Positions 1 through 10,074 of a stretch of DNA of 64,000 nucleotides are shown here, piece by piece. Location of the stretch: assembly GCA_964511175.1 (NCBI GenBank), contig CAZEEI010000002.1:132382-196381 (forward strand), in the 5' to 3' direction. The notes under the pieces are model-generated. The model had not been told where the DNA came from and made no database searches. It saw nothing but the letters and a program-made list of their open reading frames with translations. The position numbers and the translations under genes are program-made. Origin of the DNA: an uncultured Pseudomonadales bacterium. GTDB taxonomy: Bacteria > Patescibacteriota > Microgenomatia > UBA1400 > UBA1396. Within the stretch, counting starts at the first letter, position 1. Each line of letters opens with the position of its first letter.

Positions 1-1
1 T

Positions 2-1231
2 CTACAAACACTTAAAGGTTTTCGTGATTTTCTGCCGGCCGAAAAGTCGCGCCGCGATTGGGTACAGCGCCGCATTGTGGAAGTGTTTGAACGTAATGGC
101 TTTGCTCCCTTGGAAACGCCCACTCTCGAGTATAAAGAGACAATTATGGGTAAATATGGTGACGAGGCTGACCAATTGGTTTACCAGTTTACCGATAGGG
201 GTGGCCGGGAAATAGCCCTACGCTATGATCAAACGGTACCCACCGCGCGGGTGGTAGCCCAGTATAACCAGGAGTTGCCTTTCCCTTTCCGTCGTTACCA
301 AGTACAGCCGGTTTTTCGGGCAGACAAACCACAGAAGGGGCGTTACCGCGAATTTACCCAATGCGACATCGATATTTTTGGCAGCACTTCTCCGTTGGCC
401 GACGCTGAGATTTTAGCTACCACTTATTTTGCTTATAAAAATGTTGGTTTTCCGGAAGTGGTTTTGCGTTGTAACGATCGACAAGTATTGTTTGCAACGC
501 TGGAACCGCTGGCAACCGAGCAAGTGTCGGTGGCTTCCATAATTCAAACGGTCGACAAGTCAGATAAGCTCAGTGAAGCTGACGTCGCCGCGGAGTTGGT
601 GGCAAAGGGTCTCACTGCCGACCAAGCCAAGCGGGTCTTGGCCGACATCCAAGCCGCCGCACCCAGCGCTAATTTGCAGGCGATTCTTGATTTAGCGCAA
701 AACCTGGGTGTGCCGCGCGCCGCTCTCCAGTTTACCCCCACAATCGCGCGGGGCCTGGACTACTATACCGGTATGATTTTTGAAGTGACAATTCCTGGTT
801 TTACCGCTGGTTCGGTAGGTGGCGGCGGCCGTTACGACAACTTAATTGAATCACTGTCCGGTCTATCGATCGCCGCGGTAGGGATTGGCTTTGGTTTTGA
901 CCGCACCGTGGAAGCTGCTCAAGCTCTTGGTTTGACTCCCGAAGCGGCTACTACTACCGAAGTTTTGGTAACCGTTTTTGCGTCGGATTTAGTCGCTGAT
1001 TCGGCCGCTTTGACTGCCCAGTTGCGCCAAGAAGGAGTGAATGCTGAACTTTATCCCGGCACCGACAAACTGGCCAAACAGTTGCGCTATGCCAATAAGA
1101 AGGGGATTCCTTTTGTAGCCGTGTTGGGTCCAGACGAAAAAGAGCAAGATAAACTCCAACTCAAAGATTTGCGTTCGGGCGAGCAACGGATTGTGTCCGC
1201 CAGCGAAGTAGCGGTTATCGTGCGCACTTAA
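2..1231 (+). CDS. hisS: Histidine--tRNA ligase (5'-truncated by window edge)
   Basis: Frame open from base 2 (LQTLKGFRDFLP..). Class II motifs LRYDQTVP, FRADKPQKGRYREFTQCDID, RGLDYYTG, GGGRYD; C-terminal anticodon-binding domain. Confidence 0.97.
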   Translation, partial: LQTLKGFRDFLPAEKSRRDWVQRRIVEVFERNGFAPLETPTLEYKETIMGKYGDEADQLVYQFTDRGGREIALRYDQTVPTARVVAQYNQELPFPFRRYQVQPVFRADKPQKGRYREFTQCDIDIFGSTSPLADAEILATTYFAYKNVGFPEVVLRCNDRQVLFATLEPLATEQVSVASIIQTVDKSDKLSEADVAAELVAKGLTADQAKRVLADIQAAAPSANLQAILDLAQNLGVPRAALQFTPTIARGLDYYTGMIFEVTIPGFTAGSVGGGGRYDNLIESLSGLSIAAVGIGFGFDRTVEAAQALGLTPEAATTTEVLVTVFASDLVADSAALTAQLRQEGVNAELYPGTDKLAKQLRYANKKGIPFVAVLGPDEKEQDKLQLKDLRSGEQRIVSASEVAVIVRT

Positions 1232-1250
1232 TTAGTGTTAGATTATACAC

Positions 1251-1592
1251 ATGGGAGAAACACTCGATTTCAGGAATCTTTTTCTACAAGAAGAAATAAA
1301 GAATGATGCCGGTGCTTGGCGGGTTCTTACGGAAATTGGCCAAGCCTTTGCTAACGATGCTTTTACTGCGGAAAAAACACCACGGGAATGGCTACAGTGG
1401 TTAATTAAAAATATTAGGCAGGACTGGGTCGATGCCCGTTCGAAAGGAGGGGATAAGGAAGAGTTTATTGCCGATTATGTAACCGAAATGGCGGAAAAAT
1501 TTTCCCGAGCGAAAGGACGCGTACCAGTCACCCGTGATTCTCTTGAGCTAGCGGTAAGAACGATTGTTTATCAGGTTCCTAAAACGAAATAG
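1251..1592 (+). CDS. Hypothetical protein (113 aa)
   Basis: Clean ORF with TGtTAGATT -10-like element 6 nt before ATG; no recognisable motif. Confidence 0.65.
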   Translation: MGETLDFRNLFLQEEIKNDAGAWRVLTEIGQAFANDAFTAEKTPREWLQWLIKNIRQDWVDARSKGGDKEEFIADYVTEMAEKFSRAKGRVPVTRDSLELAVRTIVYQVPKTK

Positions 1593-1916
1593 CTAGCGCT
1601 TACCTTCCCCGATTGGGGCACGTGCTTTCTTCATTGCGCGCTTCAGCTGTTTAACTTCTTTACCATAATCATCGGCAATAACGAAATTAACGAGGGCTAA
1701 CACCCGAATTAAACCACGCATGAAACGTACATCAATTCGCCTATTTCCTTCCGTTTCAGCAGTGTACGCCGCAAAAAGCCTGAGGAAATAGGAACCTTCA
1801 TTAAATGCCGCCAGCCTCTTTGGATTGATGCCTTCTACATCAGGATTCCTACTCATCAGACTAATCATTTCTCGCGATTTTTGTAAAGCTCTGAGCATAC
1901 CACTCCTTTCGATCAT
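1593..1916 (-). CDS. Hypothetical protein (107 aa)
   Basis: ATGA overlap with the upstream minus-strand ORF; no motif recognised. Confidence 0.6.
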   Translation of the reverse strand: MIERSGMLRALQKSREMISLMSRNPDVEGINPKRLAAFNEGSYFLRLFAAYTAETEGNRRIDVRFMRGLIRVLALVNFVIADDYGKEVKQLKRAMKKARAPIGEGKR

Positions 1917-3140
1917 GATACCCGATTTTTACGCCGAAGGTACTCCACCATTTTTTGTTCATCCGCTCGAATGGCGGCATATACCGCCGGTGGCAAAGAT
2001 TGGTTAGGATCTCTGGCCGCAAAACCAGGGGTACCACGGTGCGCCTGTAAGATAGAACGGTTAGCAAATACCACTGGATCAAAACCAAATTGCCACGCAA
2101 CCGTACCTTGGTCATCTCTAATCCCGGAAAAAACGGCAGCATAAGCTAATCCTTTAATCGCCATGCAGGGATTAAATTTACCTTTTTCGCTCGTTGATAG
2201 TGGCGCTTTACGTCGTGCCTCTAAAAGCCGAATCACTTCACTCATTGGTCTGACTGAAAGCGCTAGTTTGCGTAACTCTGCCTGTTCCTGAGGTTGTAAG
2301 TAAGGATGGCGAGCCAGATAGTCTTCAATGCGTTGCTGCCTGTTTTCTAGCGGTAATAACTGGTAACGACCATCTGCCGATTCGGCAAACGTATGATCGG
2401 CGGCGTTAACTTCGGTGAAGAAACATCTGGCGATATCATTGTAGGCTCGTTGGCTATCCGCGTGAATCCGGTGCAAAATATCGGGTAATTCTGGGTTCAT
2501 TAGAGTATTGATTCCCTGCACAAGGGCGTACGTCACTCGGTCGCCATCCGATACTCTGGTAAAGAGTGCTTGAAACTCTGGTGTATTTTCCAGTGAGGCA
2601 AAAACTTCATGCTGCAAAATGGTAGTAATCAGCTGGGCGCGTGGTTCGGATTCTACAACCCTTAATTCGGGGCGCCGGCGCACTTCGGAGTAGGGAATTT
2701 GTTGAGCCAGATCTTTAGCGGTATAGCCGATTATTTGGAGATGTAAGTTTCTTGGTTGGGAAGCGATAAATTTTTCTGGTTCGGTGCGTGAGTATTGCCA
2801 GCCAACCAATATTTCCTTGATATCCGGATTGGTTAAGTAATATTCGGCGGCGTTGGCAGCCGTGCTGAGCGCCGCGTGCAAAAGTTCCGCGGGTACGGTG
2901 GTGATTGTTGGGGGTGTCACTTTTATCTTGTTTGTCTGGAATAACCATCATGTGATGCTCTGTACTCGGAAAGATATTCGGTTTTACTAATACATCACCA
3001 GACTGATGGGAAAAACGTACCAAATAGCTGGCTCTGGCATCTTCGATCAGAGAGGTGGGTTTACCGTTTGGAGGGTAGAGCGTATCCAAGGGAGCGCGGG
3101 CTACGGCGGTGAAAAGGATGGCTTTTTTTTCGGGAGACAT
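1913..3140 (-). pseudogene. HIT/Ap4A-phosphorylase-like gene split by a +1 frameshift near 2911-2925 (ORFs 2715..3140 and 1913..2920)
   Basis: N part carries KPNIFPSTEHHMMVIP; C part carries ASQPRNLHLQII (HxHxQ-like). Frames switch around GAT AAA A GTG ACA CCC CCA. Confidence 0.5.
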
Positions 3141-3152
3141 TGGTTAAAATTA

Positions 3153-3629
3153 CTAATCGAAGATGATTTTAGTTAAAAGGAGAGTAGTTTGACCGCGTTT
3201 GGCCAGATAAGTCTGATCCTCCGGTGATAAAACAAAATTTAGCCGAGGATAGGTGCCGTATTCCCGTAATAACTGGGAATCAAGTTGAGTAAATTGATAA
3301 ATTCGAACCTCAGAACAATTTATTTTAGAGACAGTCTTGGCTTGTGTTAGCTGTAATACACCGTATTGTTGGCCGGCGATTAATCCATCCCGTGGAGTGC
3401 AGCAAGTCATAAGCGGCCTATCTTCTGGTTTGTTGGTAAGCAATGCATCCAAATCCCTTTTGATAAGGGGCGGATCAGTGACTTCACCTGCGGCAAACCT
3501 AACCGGTTGGTAGGATTCGTGACGAGGCGTTATTAGGTGATATAGCGCCCTCTTACGATTGGCGCCATGATCCTGGTCAGGTGATTCTCCGCTTCTTAAT
3601 CTTTCGAAAGCTCTTTTTATAAAGGCCAT
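3153..3629 (-). CDS. Hypothetical protein (158 aa)
   Basis: ORF with AAGGAG SD and TGcTACAAT promoter upstream, just 3' of tRNA-Pro. Confidence 0.7.
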   Translation of the reverse strand: MAFIKRAFERLRSGESPDQDHGANRKRALYHLITPRHESYQPVRFAAGEVTDPPLIKRDLDALLTNKPEDRPLMTCCTPRDGLIAGQQYGVLQLTQAKTVSKINCSEVRIYQFTQLDSQLLREYGTYPRLNFVLSPEDQTYLAKRGQTTLLLTKIIFD

Positions 3630-3666
3630 ACTATCTCCTTACGTTACGCCGGCATTGTAGCATTTG

Positions 3667-3740
3667 TCGGGAAGACTGGACTCGAACCAGCGACCTCGCG
3701 GTCCCAAACCGCGCGCTCTAGCCATCTGAGCTACTTCCCG
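3667..3740 (-). tRNA. tRNA-Pro (TGG), CCA not encoded
   Basis: CGGGAAG/CTTCCCG acceptor stem, anticodon arm CGCGG-TT TGG GA-CCGCG, GGTTCGAGTCC T-arm. Confidence 0.96.
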
Positions 3741-3756
3741 TATTAGGCTACCAGGT

Positions 3757-3764
3757 ATTATAAT
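3757..3764. promoter_or_regulatory. Palindromic ATTATAAT giving a TATAAT -10 box on both strands (tRNA-Pro and PRTase)
   Basis: Plus-strand TATAAT lies 6 nt before ATG 3771; minus-strand TATAAT lies 16 nt before the tRNA 5' end. Confidence 0.6.
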
Positions 3765-3770
3765 CGGTCA

Positions 3771-4361
3771 ATGCAACTTTCCCAAGTCGACAATATTGAG
3801 TTCGCCCTTTTAGGTTGGTCGGACCTCGACCGGCTGACCAAAAAGCTTAGCCAGGCGGTTTTGGCCAGCGGGCATCATTACGACCGCCTCGTTCCTTTGG
3901 CGAACGGCGGTTTAACGATGGTTCGCCATCTGGCCGATCGATTGGGTTTGCTCACAATTTCAACCATGCAGGTGGCTTTGTACCGGGGTGTAAATGAGCG
4001 GCATTCTCAACCAAAAGTGATTCAACCGTTATCGGTTTCGGTCAAAGGGGAGTCAATTTTGATTGTGGAAGATATTGTGGATACCGGTGCAACCCTGGAA
4101 TATACGCTGGCCGAACTTAAGCGTTTAGGAGCTAAGGAGGTACATACCGCCGCACTGATCCGCAAGTCACACGCCAGCGTTTTGCCGGAGTATGCCGCCT
4201 TGTTATTGGATCGTTGGGTCATTTTTCCTTACGAAACCCGCGAAACTATTACTTATTTGGCCGCCCGCTGGCAGAAACAAGGTTTGACGTCGGCACAAAC
4301 TGCTATTAATTTGCAAAAGATTGGCTATGGTGCTGGCGAGATTAAGCGTTATGCCTGCTAG
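3771..4361 (+). CDS. Type I phosphoribosyltransferase (purine salvage, HPRT/XGPRT-like)
   Basis: PRPP-binding motif ILIVEDIVDTGAT; WVIFPYE. Confidence 0.88.
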   Translation: MQLSQVDNIEFALLGWSDLDRLTKKLSQAVLASGHHYDRLVPLANGGLTMVRHLADRLGLLTISTMQVALYRGVNERHSQPKVIQPLSVSVKGESILIVEDIVDTGATLEYTLAELKRLGAKEVHTAALIRKSHASVLPEYAALLLDRWVIFPYETRETITYLAARWQKQGLTSAQTAINLQKIGYGAGEIKRYAC

Positions 4362-4773
4362 AACAAAGCCCGCCAGAAAACTGACTTCATCCCTATTTTG
4401 GTTGGGCGTTTTTATTTTTTGGGTCATCTTCTTTTTTCCGCACTGGTACGTTTTGAGTTACACCAAAATTTGGGAATTAAAACAACTAATGGGGCGGTCG
4501 CGCGAACAACAAATGCGAATTTTACATCCGGCCGCTATGGCGCGGTTGTTAACTTTGCGGCAAGAATTGGGCGCCTACTCTGTACCGGAAGTGGTAGTGG
4601 TGCTGCCAACGGATTCCAGCAAATTGCCACTGGCGGGTAATGCGCCCATTTTGCGGTCGGTGCTGTATCCTTATGTAGTAGTGCCGACCGCCGTTGCTGG
4701 TCTGGTTAACGTTCGGTTGCGCGCTTGTGATTCACTGACCATCCCCGATCCTTGTTGGGAGATTACGCCATGA
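4351..4773 (+). CDS. Hypothetical membrane-anchored protein
   Basis: N-terminal hydrophobic helix; overlaps both flanking genes (start re-called to ATG 4351). Confidence 0.6.
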   Translation: MPARTKPARKLTSSLFWLGVFIFWVIFFFPHWYVLSYTKIWELKQLMGRSREQQMRILHPAAMARLLTLRQELGAYSVPEVVVVLPTDSSKLPLAGNAPILRSVLYPYVVVPTAVAGLVNVRLRACDSLTIPDPCWEITP

Positions 4774-6125
4774 TCATCACCTTGTACTGGTTAACGCTTT
4801 GGCTTTATCTGGGGCTGGCTTTGCTTTGGCGCTGGCGTGGCGCTTTGCACTTGCGTGATATTTCTCTGGCTTTGCCGCTCGGTTTGTCGGTTAATACTTT
4901 GGGTGGTCTTTTGCTTTGGCTGGGGGGCATTGATTTGGCAACCATCACGCGTTGGAGTCAGATAGGCTTGGTATTGGTGTTGACCTACGTTGTGAGTGAT
5001 CGTTTACCACTGCGTAGTTTTCCAGTGCGAGTTGGCTTTAACGATGTTTACCGGCGATCACAGCAAATAATCCACCAGTTGGTTAATTGGCCGCTAGCTT
5101 GGCTAGTAGGTATGGTGATCTTTTCCCTAGCAGTGGTCTTAATTTGGCAGGGGACAGTTGAGCCGGTAACTTGGGACAATCTCTCTCTTTATGACTGGCG
5201 CGCCCAGCGGCTAGCTCAAGGTTGGCAGGTGAGTGATTTTTTGGTGCAGTTTAATGATCAACCGTCTTGGGCGATGTATGACTTTTTACATCCTCTCCTA
5301 CCCTCCATTATCGGCGCTTTTGTTTACCAAAGTGGTGGTATTCGAGTGCCGCTGATTAGCGCGGTTCTACTACTATGTGTCTTAAGCGAAGTTGGCAAAA
5401 CCTGGCGATCTTGGGCTGCCAGAATAGTTTTTGGTGTTTTGTCACTGGGCTCACCTTTGTTTTTTAAGGCCGCAGTTGAGGGCTATGGCGTTTGGTGGGC
5501 CGTGCTATTTTGGTGGTTATTTTTCCTTTTCGTCTGGCGACATTCTTTACATTACCGCTGGGAGCAACTGGTGGCTGGATTTTTCTTAGCGGCGGCCGTG
5601 CAGTCGCGTTTAAGCGAGCCTTATTGGATTATCGTAGTTATTTGGTTGCTAGGTCGTTATCACTGGCTAACAACCCTACCGGTAATATTTTCTTTTGTTA
5701 ACTGGCAAGTGTTGGTACGTTTGGCCGCACGTTTTACCAGCGGCCAGGTAGTGCGTTCGACTTATAGTGCAACTTGGTTGACGGTGCTGTTGAGTAATTT
5801 ATCACCAACCTTGGTAGGTGTCCTCTTCATTGATGGTCTCCTGCACAATCCGGTTCTGCCCTATTTTTTGGGAGTAGGCTTACTGGCTTTCTGGTTGCGA
5901 CAAGCCCAGGCTTGGTCGGCGTCACTGCGTACCTGTTTGGTACTGATTATTAGTTGGGGCATTATTTTACTGGGGGGAATGGCCGCTTTTTGGGCGCGTA
6001 ATCCGTCTACTTGGTCGGAGGTAGTGTTGGCTTTGCCGCGCGCCGTTTTACCATTGGCCGCCCTCTGCGTGGTTTTTATTACAGCGGCAGTAGACCGATT
6101 ATTCGGATCTGAAGTCCAAGCCTAA
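4770..6125 (+). CDS. Polytopic membrane protein, possible GT-C-type glycosyltransferase
   Basis: Many hydrophobic helices; loop TWDNLSLYDWRA resembling GT-C acidic loops; glycan context. Confidence 0.55.
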   Translation: MIITLYWLTLWLYLGLALLWRWRGALHLRDISLALPLGLSVNTLGGLLLWLGGIDLATITRWSQIGLVLVLTYVVSDRLPLRSFPVRVGFNDVYRRSQQIIHQLVNWPLAWLVGMVIFSLAVVLIWQGTVEPVTWDNLSLYDWRAQRLAQGWQVSDFLVQFNDQPSWAMYDFLHPLLPSIIGAFVYQSGGIRVPLISAVLLLCVLSEVGKTWRSWAARIVFGVLSLGSPLFFKAAVEGYGVWWAVLFWWLFFLFVWRHSLHYRWEQLVAGFFLAAAVQSRLSEPYWIIVVIWLLGRYHWLTTLPVIFSFVNWQVLVRLAARFTSGQVVRSTYSATWLTVLLSNLSPTLVGVLFIDGLLHNPVLPYFLGVGLLAFWLRQAQAWSASLRTCLVLIISWGIILLGGMAAFWARNPSTWSEVVLALPRAVLPLAALCVVFITAAVDRLFGSEVQA

Positions 6126-6174
6126 TTAGCTGCTAACTTGCACCTTGATATTTATTTGGTAAACTGGCGCCAAG

Positions 6175-6516
6175 ATGTTTATCTTCCAGGTGGCCATGGC
6201 GCTCTTTGCTTTTTTTATGGTTTATGTTTTGCGCATCCATTATCGCCAGCATCATCTTGCGGCAACCGAGTTTGGTGCTTGGGTAATGATCTGGTTCGGT
6301 TTTGTGATGTTGGCTTTATTTCCGGGGACAATGCGCGGCATCGCCGACTCACTTCATATCGGTCGGGTTTTCGATTTACTAGTAATCATCGCCTTCATGA
6401 TTTTAGCGGTGGCCGTATTTTTCACGCGTCTAACCGTATTGGAACTGCGTCATAAATTTGAGCTGCTGATTCGTCGGGAAGCAATTACTCAGGCTATATT
6501 ACCGGAACAACGATGA
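6175..6516 (+). CDS. DUF2304-like small membrane protein
   Basis: Three TM helices, 'IADSLHIGRVFDLL', C-terminal 'ELLIRREAI'; coupled to a GT2 gene. Confidence 0.75.
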   Translation: MFIFQVAMALFAFFMVYVLRIHYRQHHLAATEFGAWVMIWFGFVMLALFPGTMRGIADSLHIGRVFDLLVIIAFMILAVAVFFTRLTVLELRHKFELLIRREAITQAILPEQR

Positions 6517-7295
6517 AACTTCCCCGTATTTCGCTAATTACACCCAGCTATAACCAAGGCCGGTTTATCCGCCAAACTATCGACAGTGTACTAAAACAAA
6601 ATTATCCAGGTTTGGAATACTGGGTACAGGATGGTGGCTCCAGCGACGAGACACTAGAGGTTCTACGTTCCTATGGTTCTCGGGTGCAATGGGTTAGCCG
6701 CTGTGACCGCGGCCAAACCGATGCTATTAATCAGGGAATTAAGCAAACTAAGGGTGATATCGTGGGTTATCTTAACGCCGACGATCTACTTTTGCCCAAC
6801 GCGTTGTGGCGGGTGGCAATGGCTTTCACTCAGAACCCAACAGCCCAGTGGTTAACCGGCGACTACCGGATTATCAATGAAAATCAGCGTTTGATTGAAC
6901 AACCGCTGGTGGTTTATAAACAATGGCAGCGGCAGTTAGGTAAAACTTGGCCTCGCTGGTGGCCGGTTATTTTAGGGTTTAATAATCCGTTAGCGCAGCC
7001 CAGCACTTTTTGGCGCCGCTTGGTTCACCAGCGACTTGGCTATCTGGACGAGTCCTATCATTACGTTATGGATTACGATTGGTGGTGGCGGTTACTAAAA
7101 TTAGGATCGCCGCTGGTTCTTACGGAAGCACTGAGTGCTTTTCGGGTTCACGCTCAATCCAAAGGCGGCCAATATTTTCGCCGCCAATTCGCCGAACAAG
7201 AACAATGTGCGGCCAAACATGGTGTACCAGATATGATTCGCCGCGCCCAAGCTTGGCATAATCAATTAATTTGTGCCGTTTATGCGCGCCGGTAA
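6513..7295 (+). CDS. GT2 glycosyltransferase (WcaE/WfgS-like)
   Basis: ISLITPSYNQGRFI, DGGSSD, YLNADD, MDYDWW. Confidence 0.92.
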   Translation: MKLPRISLITPSYNQGRFIRQTIDSVLKQNYPGLEYWVQDGGSSDETLEVLRSYGSRVQWVSRCDRGQTDAINQGIKQTKGDIVGYLNADDLLLPNALWRVAMAFTQNPTAQWLTGDYRIINENQRLIEQPLVVYKQWQRQLGKTWPRWWPVILGFNNPLAQPSTFWRRLVHQRLGYLDESYHYVMDYDWWWRLLKLGSPLVLTEALSAFRVHAQSKGGQYFRRQFAEQEQCAAKHGVPDMIRRAQAWHNQLICAVYARR

Positions 7296-8221
7296 GCGGC
7301 AATGGTTCGTTTCAGTCCAAGTTCAAAAGGCGTTTTAGCCTGGAAACCAAAAGCTTGCTGGGCGCGGGAAGGGTCTACCTGTCGCTGGGGTTGGCCGTCC
7401 GGGCGACTGGTGTCAAAAACCAAACGTCCGGTATAACCCACTAGTCTAGCAATGGTTTGGGCTAGATCAGAAATAGTAATGGCGTGATTGGCGCCAAGAT
7501 TAACCGGTTGAGGGTTGTTATAGTGCTGCACGGCTAAAGCAATGCCACGTGCAGCATCGGCCACATAAAGAAATTCGCGAGTAGCGCGGCCAGTGCCCCA
7601 AATGGTCACACTGGGTTGAGACTGTTGTTTAGCCTCCGCCAATTTACGGATTAAAGCTGGAATAACGTGCGAGTTTTGGGGATCAGACTTATCGCCTGGT
7701 CCATAAATATTGGTCGGCAAGAGATAAATAAAATTAAGGCCATATTGTGTTCGCGCCGCTTGCCCGTGTACCAACAACATTTTTTTAGCTAAGCCATAGG
7801 CGGCGTTAGTTTCTTCCGGATAACCACTCCACAAATCATCTTCGCGAAAGGGTACGGGTGTAAATTTGGGATAAGCGCAAATTGTGCCAATACCAATAAA
7901 TTTGCTAACTTTAGCCAAACGAGCCGCTTCAACTAAATGACTGCCCATAAGGATATTGTCATAGAACAAATCGGCCGGATAAAGCTGGTTATAGCCAATA
8001 CCACCCACATTCGCCGCCAGGTGGATGACTAGATCAACGCCGTCGACCGCGGCCTGACAAGCCGCAAATTGGCGCAAATCATATTTTTGCGAAGTAGGTA
8101 ATCGTAATTCCCGAGGGTGTAGTGAACGCAGTAATTTAACCAGGTGCTGGCCCAAGAAACCATGGCCACCCGTGACCAAGACGCGTTGTTTTTGCCAATA
8201 CCGAGATGACAGGGCGAACAT
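7280..8221 (-). CDS. fcl: GDP-L-fucose synthase
   Basis: TGGHGFLG, HLAANVGGI, ICAYPK, PEETNAAYGLAK, HVIPALI, WGTGRATREF, DGQP. Confidence 0.92.
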   Translation of the reverse strand: MFALSSRYWQKQRVLVTGGHGFLGQHLVKLLRSLHPRELRLPTSQKYDLRQFAACQAAVDGVDLVIHLAANVGGIGYNQLYPADLFYDNILMGSHLVEAARLAKVSKFIGIGTICAYPKFTPVPFREDDLWSGYPEETNAAYGLAKKMLLVHGQAARTQYGLNFIYLLPTNIYGPGDKSDPQNSHVIPALIRKLAEAKQQSQPSVTIWGTGRATREFLYVADAARGIALAVQHYNNPQPVNLGANHAITISDLAQTIARLVGYTGRLVFDTSRPDGQPQRQVDPSRAQQAFGFQAKTPFELGLKRTIAAYRRA

Positions 8222-8256
8222 TGGGTATTAGTATACTGCTCAACAGGAAAATTAAT

Positions 8257-8988
8257 ATGTCTTTACGTGCTAACCAGCCGGATGGCCGACAACACTACTT
8301 AACCAGTCAATACGATTCGCGTTTGCAGTGGTTGTCTTATTGGGAGCAGATTGAAGCGGTATGCCGCTTTCTGCCCCAAAAGCGGGGGCGTATTTTAGAG
8401 ATAGGTCCAGGTAACAGGACAGTATCTGGTTATCTGCGTAAAGAAGGCTATCACGTTACCACGGTTGATGCCGATCCCGTTCTTCAACCAGATGTGGTGG
8501 CGGATGTCACCACCTTACCTAATTTGGGCAATTTTGATTTGGTACTTTGCTGTCAGGTTTTAGAGCACCTACCGTTTTCTGAGTTTGAGACCGCTCTCAG
8601 CAACTTGGCCAGGATGCTGCGGCCGGGTGGTCGTTTGATTCTCAGCTTGCCTTATTCTTGTTTCTACTTAACCTGGAGCTGGAGTTGGTTCTACGCCAGT
8701 ATTTTTCGACCCTTATACCAAATGTTAGGCTGGGAGCCATTGGCCTCCCAAACCATCCAGTTGCGTATTCCTTGGTTTTTCTTACGTCATCCTTCAACTA
8801 AGGCGCACTTTTGGGAGGTGGGTCAACGGGGTTACTCCAAGGCGCTTGTTCGTCGTAAGTTAAGCCGCTATTTTATTTGGCGTTACGAAAAACACCAACC
8901 GCTTTATCCTTACCATTGGTACTTGATAGCCGATAAATCGCGGCCGATAAAAACAGATTGGGATCGGAATTGGTTATGGCTGGGTTAA
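8257..8988 (+). CDS. Class I SAM-dependent methyltransferase
   Basis: ILEIGPG motif I, FDLVLCCQVLEHLP, LRPGGRL; start re-called to ATG 8257 (AGGA upstream). Confidence 0.88.
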   Translation: MSLRANQPDGRQHYLTSQYDSRLQWLSYWEQIEAVCRFLPQKRGRILEIGPGNRTVSGYLRKEGYHVTTVDADPVLQPDVVADVTTLPNLGNFDLVLCCQVLEHLPFSEFETALSNLARMLRPGGRLILSLPYSCFYLTWSWSWFYASIFRPLYQMLGWEPLASQTIQLRIPWFFLRHPSTKAHFWEVGQRGYSKALVRRKLSRYFIWRYEKHQPLYPYHWYLIADKSRPIKTDWDRNWLWLG

Positions 8989-10067
8989 CGATCGGTCTCA
9001 ATCTTTTATATTTACTACCTAACCAAGTGGGCGGGACTGAATATTATGCCCGTTTTCTTATCGAGGAATTACAGCGTCTGGATCAAAAGAACCGCTACGT
9101 AATATTTTGTAACCGGGAAAATTGGTCAACATTCCAGTTAACCAATCCTCGCTGGCAGAAAGTGCGCTGCCCTGTTTTTGCCCGCTGGCGTCCCGGGCGC
9201 GTTTTATTTGAACAGTTAATTTTGCCTGGGCTGCTGCGTAAATTTCACATCGACCGACTTCACTCGTTGGGTTATGTGGGATTGCTTTTTACCAATTGCC
9301 CGCAAATAGTAACTATCCATGACGCCAATTGGCGCGACCAACTGGCCGATTTTCCGTTTTTTTCCTTATGGCTCCAGCGCTGGCTGATTGAGGCTAGTCT
9401 GGCCAAAGCGTGCTTAATTTTAACCGACTCCAATTTTGCTAAGCAGCGTTTAGTGTTTCATTTTCCTCAATACGCGGCCAAACTACGGGTTTTATCACCA
9501 GGATTATCGCCGGGGTGGTTGACCATTCTAAATCGATCATCACGGGAGAGGGCGTTAATTAAAAAACCTTATCTTTTGGTAGTGTCAGCGTTTTATCCTC
9601 ATAAACGAATCGATTATGTTTTGCGGCTTTGGTCCAAATTGGCTAACCGCTTGCCACAATACCAATTGGTAGTGGTTGGACAAAATGGTTGTCAAGCGTC
9701 GCTGATTAAGTATTGGTCGGCGCATTTACCGCGGGTGATCTATAAAGCCAAGGTTTCTGCAACCGATTTAGCCGCACTTTATCGCCATGCCGCCGTTTTA
9801 TTACACCCTAGTATTTATGAGGGTTTTGGCTATCCAGTTTATGAAGCGGCACAAGTTGGTTTACCAATTGTGGTGGGGTATCGTGACCTTTATGACTCAC
9901 GATTAGCGCCGCGCTTAATAGAATTAAGTTTTAATAATCAGATCGATATCGATTTGATTGTAAGATTAGCCAAACAGGCTAAGCGAAAGTCTGCTCCAAA
10001 ATGGTTGTCTACTCAACATCGGCGCGCTGTGGCTCAACTGATTCGCTGGTATCAGGAATTGGAATGA
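8976..10067 (+). CDS. GT4 glycosyltransferase
   Basis: GGTEYY, PHKR, PSIYEGFGYPVYEA. Confidence 0.92.
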   Translation: MAGLTIGLNLLYLLPNQVGGTEYYARFLIEELQRLDQKNRYVIFCNRENWSTFQLTNPRWQKVRCPVFARWRPGRVLFEQLILPGLLRKFHIDRLHSLGYVGLLFTNCPQIVTIHDANWRDQLADFPFFSLWLQRWLIEASLAKACLILTDSNFAKQRLVFHFPQYAAKLRVLSPGLSPGWLTILNRSSRERALIKKPYLLVVSAFYPHKRIDYVLRLWSKLANRLPQYQLVVVGQNGCQASLIKYWSAHLPRVIYKAKVSATDLAALYRHAAVLLHPSIYEGFGYPVYEAAQVGLPIVVGYRDLYDSRLAPRLIELSFNNQIDIDLIVRLAKQAKRKSAPKWLSTQHRRAVAQLIRWYQELE

Positions 10068-10074
10068 GGTAGCG

